A DNA stretch of 64,000 nt, taken from positions 4,914 through 68,913 of the forward strand of contig JALNZC010000019.1 of NCBI GenBank assembly GCA_023229525.1. The letters are read 5' to 3'. The DNA comes from Bacteroidales bacterium (GTDB lineage Bacteria; Bacteroidota; Bacteroidia; Bacteroidales; FEN-979). The position numbers were made by a program, and so were the translations under genes. Shown in pieces: positions 61,428 to 64,000 of this stretch (the stretch's first letter is position 1; each line of letters opens with the position of its first letter). Below the pieces are notes generated by a model that was not told where the DNA came from, ran no database searches, and saw nothing but the letters and a program-made list of their open reading frames with translations.

Positions 61428-64000
61428 ATGAAACATAAAATTTTACTAGTTCTGCTTTTCTTACTAAGCGGGACCATGGCGTTAAACGCCCAAGAGTTTA
61501 GTCCTAAAGCTACTTATACCGTTGGCTCAGGAGGTACCTATTCTACACTGAAAGCCGCTTTCGACGCTATCAATGCAGGTTCAATAACAGGGGCCATTAC
61601 CTTGCAAATCACTAGCAGTATAACTGATAATTCTTCAGCTGTGCTGAACGCAAGTGGAGGAAGTGCCAGCTATACCTCTGTGAACATTTATCCGACAGTT
61701 AGCGGAGTAACTTTAAGCGGGAGTTACGGAGGCCCGCTCATAGATTTCAACGGCGCGGATAATGTTATTATTGACGGGAGGGTGAATGCAACCGGATTTA
61801 CATACGATATGGCCATAATCAATACAAGCGGGGATGGCAATTCTTCAACGATAAGGTTCACTAATGATGCTACTTACAACACCGTAGAATATTGCAAAAT
61901 AAAAGGATCAACACCTGCCGGAGACAAAGGCATTGTTTACTTCAGCCCAACTGTCACCACTGCCGGAAACAGCCACAATACCATTGATCATAATGAAATC
62001 ACCAATTATGGAGGAAACAGACCGTTAATGACAATTTTTTCAAAATCAACAAACAGCTCAGTTTCAAACAGTTTGAATACCATCAGCAACAATAATATTC
62101 ATGACGTTTTAAATCCAAATAATTCTCATTCTTTTATAATAAATCTGGGAGATGGAAGCGGTGGAGGTAATAGTTACAATGACGCATGGACCATTACGGG
62201 AAACAGCTTCTATGAAGCGGAGGCTTTTACCATCACCAGTGGTAATAATATGGAAATTATTTATATTTATGCAGACGCTGGTAACGGTTTTATTATTTCG
62301 AACAACTATTTTGGCGGTAGTGCCCCTTTATGCGGGGGGACATGGAATAAAACCACAGGTAACAATACCTTCCAGCTCATGGAATTCAGGGTGGGAACCT
62401 CAACCGCCAGTGAAATTCAGGGGAATACAATTAAAAATATCAATTTTACAAATACTGGGTCAAATAAATGGTGGGGAATTAACATGCAGAGAGGGAAAAT
62501 CAATATAGGAACCACTGCAGGCAATTGCTATGGCGCTTCCGACGGAACTGGTTCAATCACTTTTACGGGAAATGGATCCGGTTCGGAATTTTATGCATTT
62601 CACTCTGAATCTTCTGTTGTCAACGCACAGAACAATATCATCGGATCAATCACGGTTGCCAATACGTCATCTACCAATGCAACAAATTTTTACGGGATCC
62701 TCTTTCGTTCGAATGGAACCTCCTGTTATCTAAGCAATAATACAATCGGAAGCATAACGACATCAAACAGCATCAATGCAACGTCTCAGTCAACCATTGA
62801 TGCCCAGAAGGTTTGGGGTATTGCATGCTGCTTTGGTAGTTCCGGAAAGGTTACTATTATCAACAATACGATTGCTAACCTTACCAATGGAACGACTAAC
62901 AGTAGTTCGACTGTTTATGGTCAGATGTATGGAATTTTTATAAATCAACCACAAGCCACAGTATCAGGTAATTCGATACATCATCTAACAATTGCGAATG
63001 CTAATGCTGCCAGTGATTGTAGTACTGGTGACCCTGGTAATCAGGCCAATCCGTACATTTCGGCAGCCGGAATAGCTTTTGCTAACAAGGACAATTCCAC
63101 AGATACCCTTTCCGGCAATACAATTTATAATATTTCAAATACGTATTCTTCCTTTACAGGACATGTCGCAGGGATTTACTACTATGGACAATCGACCGCT
63201 AGTTCTGTTTCCGGTAACCTGATTTACGGTTTAAGTGTTAATTCGGGCAGCAACTCTGCCACGATCCACGGGATCAAGATCGCTAATGGAGTGGCAGCCT
63301 TTTCCAATAATATTATTACCCTCGGAGGAAACACAACGACAAATCTTTACGGCATTTATGACGGAAATACATCCGGAACAAGCAATATATATTTCAATTC
63401 CGTGTATCTCAATGGATCGCCAACTTCAGGTTCTTTGAACAGTGCAGGATTATATAACTCGACCACAGCCAATGCCAGGGATTACAGGAATAACATCTTC
63501 TTCAACACCCGTTCGAATAACGGAGCCAATGGGAAACATTATGCAATGTACATCCAAAACACCGGAGGAAGCCTGACTTGCAACTACAATGATTACTGGG
63601 TAGGAGTATTAGATAATCCGCGTGGATATTATGGTGGGGATAAAACTTCCTTGCCGATCGTGACCAGCCAGGATACCGGTAGCCAGGTATTAGATCCCAC
63701 TTTTGCAACAGCCGGTGGAAACAACGCTTCAGATTATATTCCTACCACACTATTACCAGCCGCAACCGCCACGGGGATCACAACAGACTATGGCGGAAGC
63801 ACGCGTTCAGTATCTTCTCCCGAAATGGGTGCCTGGGAAAAGAAAAACGAACTAACCTGGACAGGCGGCACATCTACCGACTGGTCAGTTACGGATAACT
63901 GGGACCTAGGTTCTGTCCCCATTTCCTCATCTAATGTAAGGATCCCCGCTGCTCCATCCAATAAGCCACATATTACCGCTGCAGTGGGAACACCGGCGGT
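61428..64000 (+). CDS. Large secreted beta-helix/adhesin-like protein, partial, runs off the right end
   Basis: Not in the ORF track. MKHKILLVLLFLLSGTMALNAQ...YTVGSGGTYSTLKAAFDAIN...IDFNGADNVIIDG; Asn/Ser/Thr-rich repeats; ends ...PEMGAWE...WTGGTSTDW. Confidence 0.85.
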   Translation, partial: MKHKILLVLLFLLSGTMALNAQEFSPKATYTVGSGGTYSTLKAAFDAINAGSITGAITLQITSSITDNSSAVLNASGGSASYTSVNIYPTVSGVTLSGSYGGPLIDFNGADNVIIDGRVNATGFTYDMAIINTSGDGNSSTIRFTNDATYNTVEYCKIKGSTPAGDKGIVYFSPTVTTAGNSHNTIDHNEITNYGGNRPLMTIFSKSTNSSVSNSLNTISNNNIHDVLNPNNSHSFIINLGDGSGGGNSYNDAWTITGNSFYEAEAFTITSGNNMEIIYIYADAGNGFIISNNYFGGSAPLCGGTWNKTTGNNTFQLMEFRVGTSTASEIQGNTIKNINFTNTGSNKWWGINMQRGKINIGTTAGNCYGASDGTGSITFTGNGSGSEFYAFHSESSVVNAQNNIIGSITVANTSSTNATNFYGILFRSNGTSCYLSNNTIGSITTSNSINATSQSTIDAQKVWGIACCFGSSGKVTIINNTIANLTNGTTNSSSTVYGQMYGIFINQPQATVSGNSIHHLTIANANAASDCSTGDPGNQANPYISAAGIAFANKDNSTDTLSGNTIYNISNTYSSFTGHVAGIYYYGQSTASSVSGNLIYGLSVNSGSNSATIHGIKIANGVAAFSNNIITLGGNTTTNLYGIYDGNTSGTSNIYFNSVYLNGSPTSGSLNSAGLYNSTTANARDYRNNIFFNTRSNNGANGKHYAMYIQNTGGSLTCNYNDYWVGVLDNPRGYYGGDKTSLPIVTSQDTGSQVLDPTFATAGGNNASDYIPTTLLPAATATGITTDYGGSTRSVSSPEMGAWEKKNELTWTGGTSTDWSVTDNWDLGSVPISSSNVRIPAAPSNKPHITAAVGTPA

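Overview
64 kb from an anaerobic Bacteroidota (Bacteroidales-like) genome, judged from TAnnTTTG promoters, T9SS C-terminal domains and gene content. 1-14 kb: an AT-rich island edge (regulator operon, restriction-modification remnant), an ABC exporter, a beta-propeller sensor kinase/LuxR regulator pair with a probable target gene, and two DUF3857/transglutaminase genes. 14-38.6 kb: a bioenergetic core on the minus strand, with hdrCBA-flxDCBA, the PstS-like/TPR/exbB-exbD-exbD-tonB locus and an 11-subunit complex I (nuoABCDHIJKLMN, no nuoEFG). 39-50.5 kb: secreted and envelope proteins and an amino-acid decarboxylase/antiporter locus. 50.6-60.1 kb: an accessory region of modular T9SS cargo genes, C-type-lectin-fold (FISUMP, DUF1566) domains, a duplicated leader and many gene fragments. 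A large secreted beta-helix ORF runs off the right end. No rRNA, intact tRNA, CRISPR array, transposase, integrase or reverse transcriptase was seen. Family assignments come from motif recognition, not database searches.
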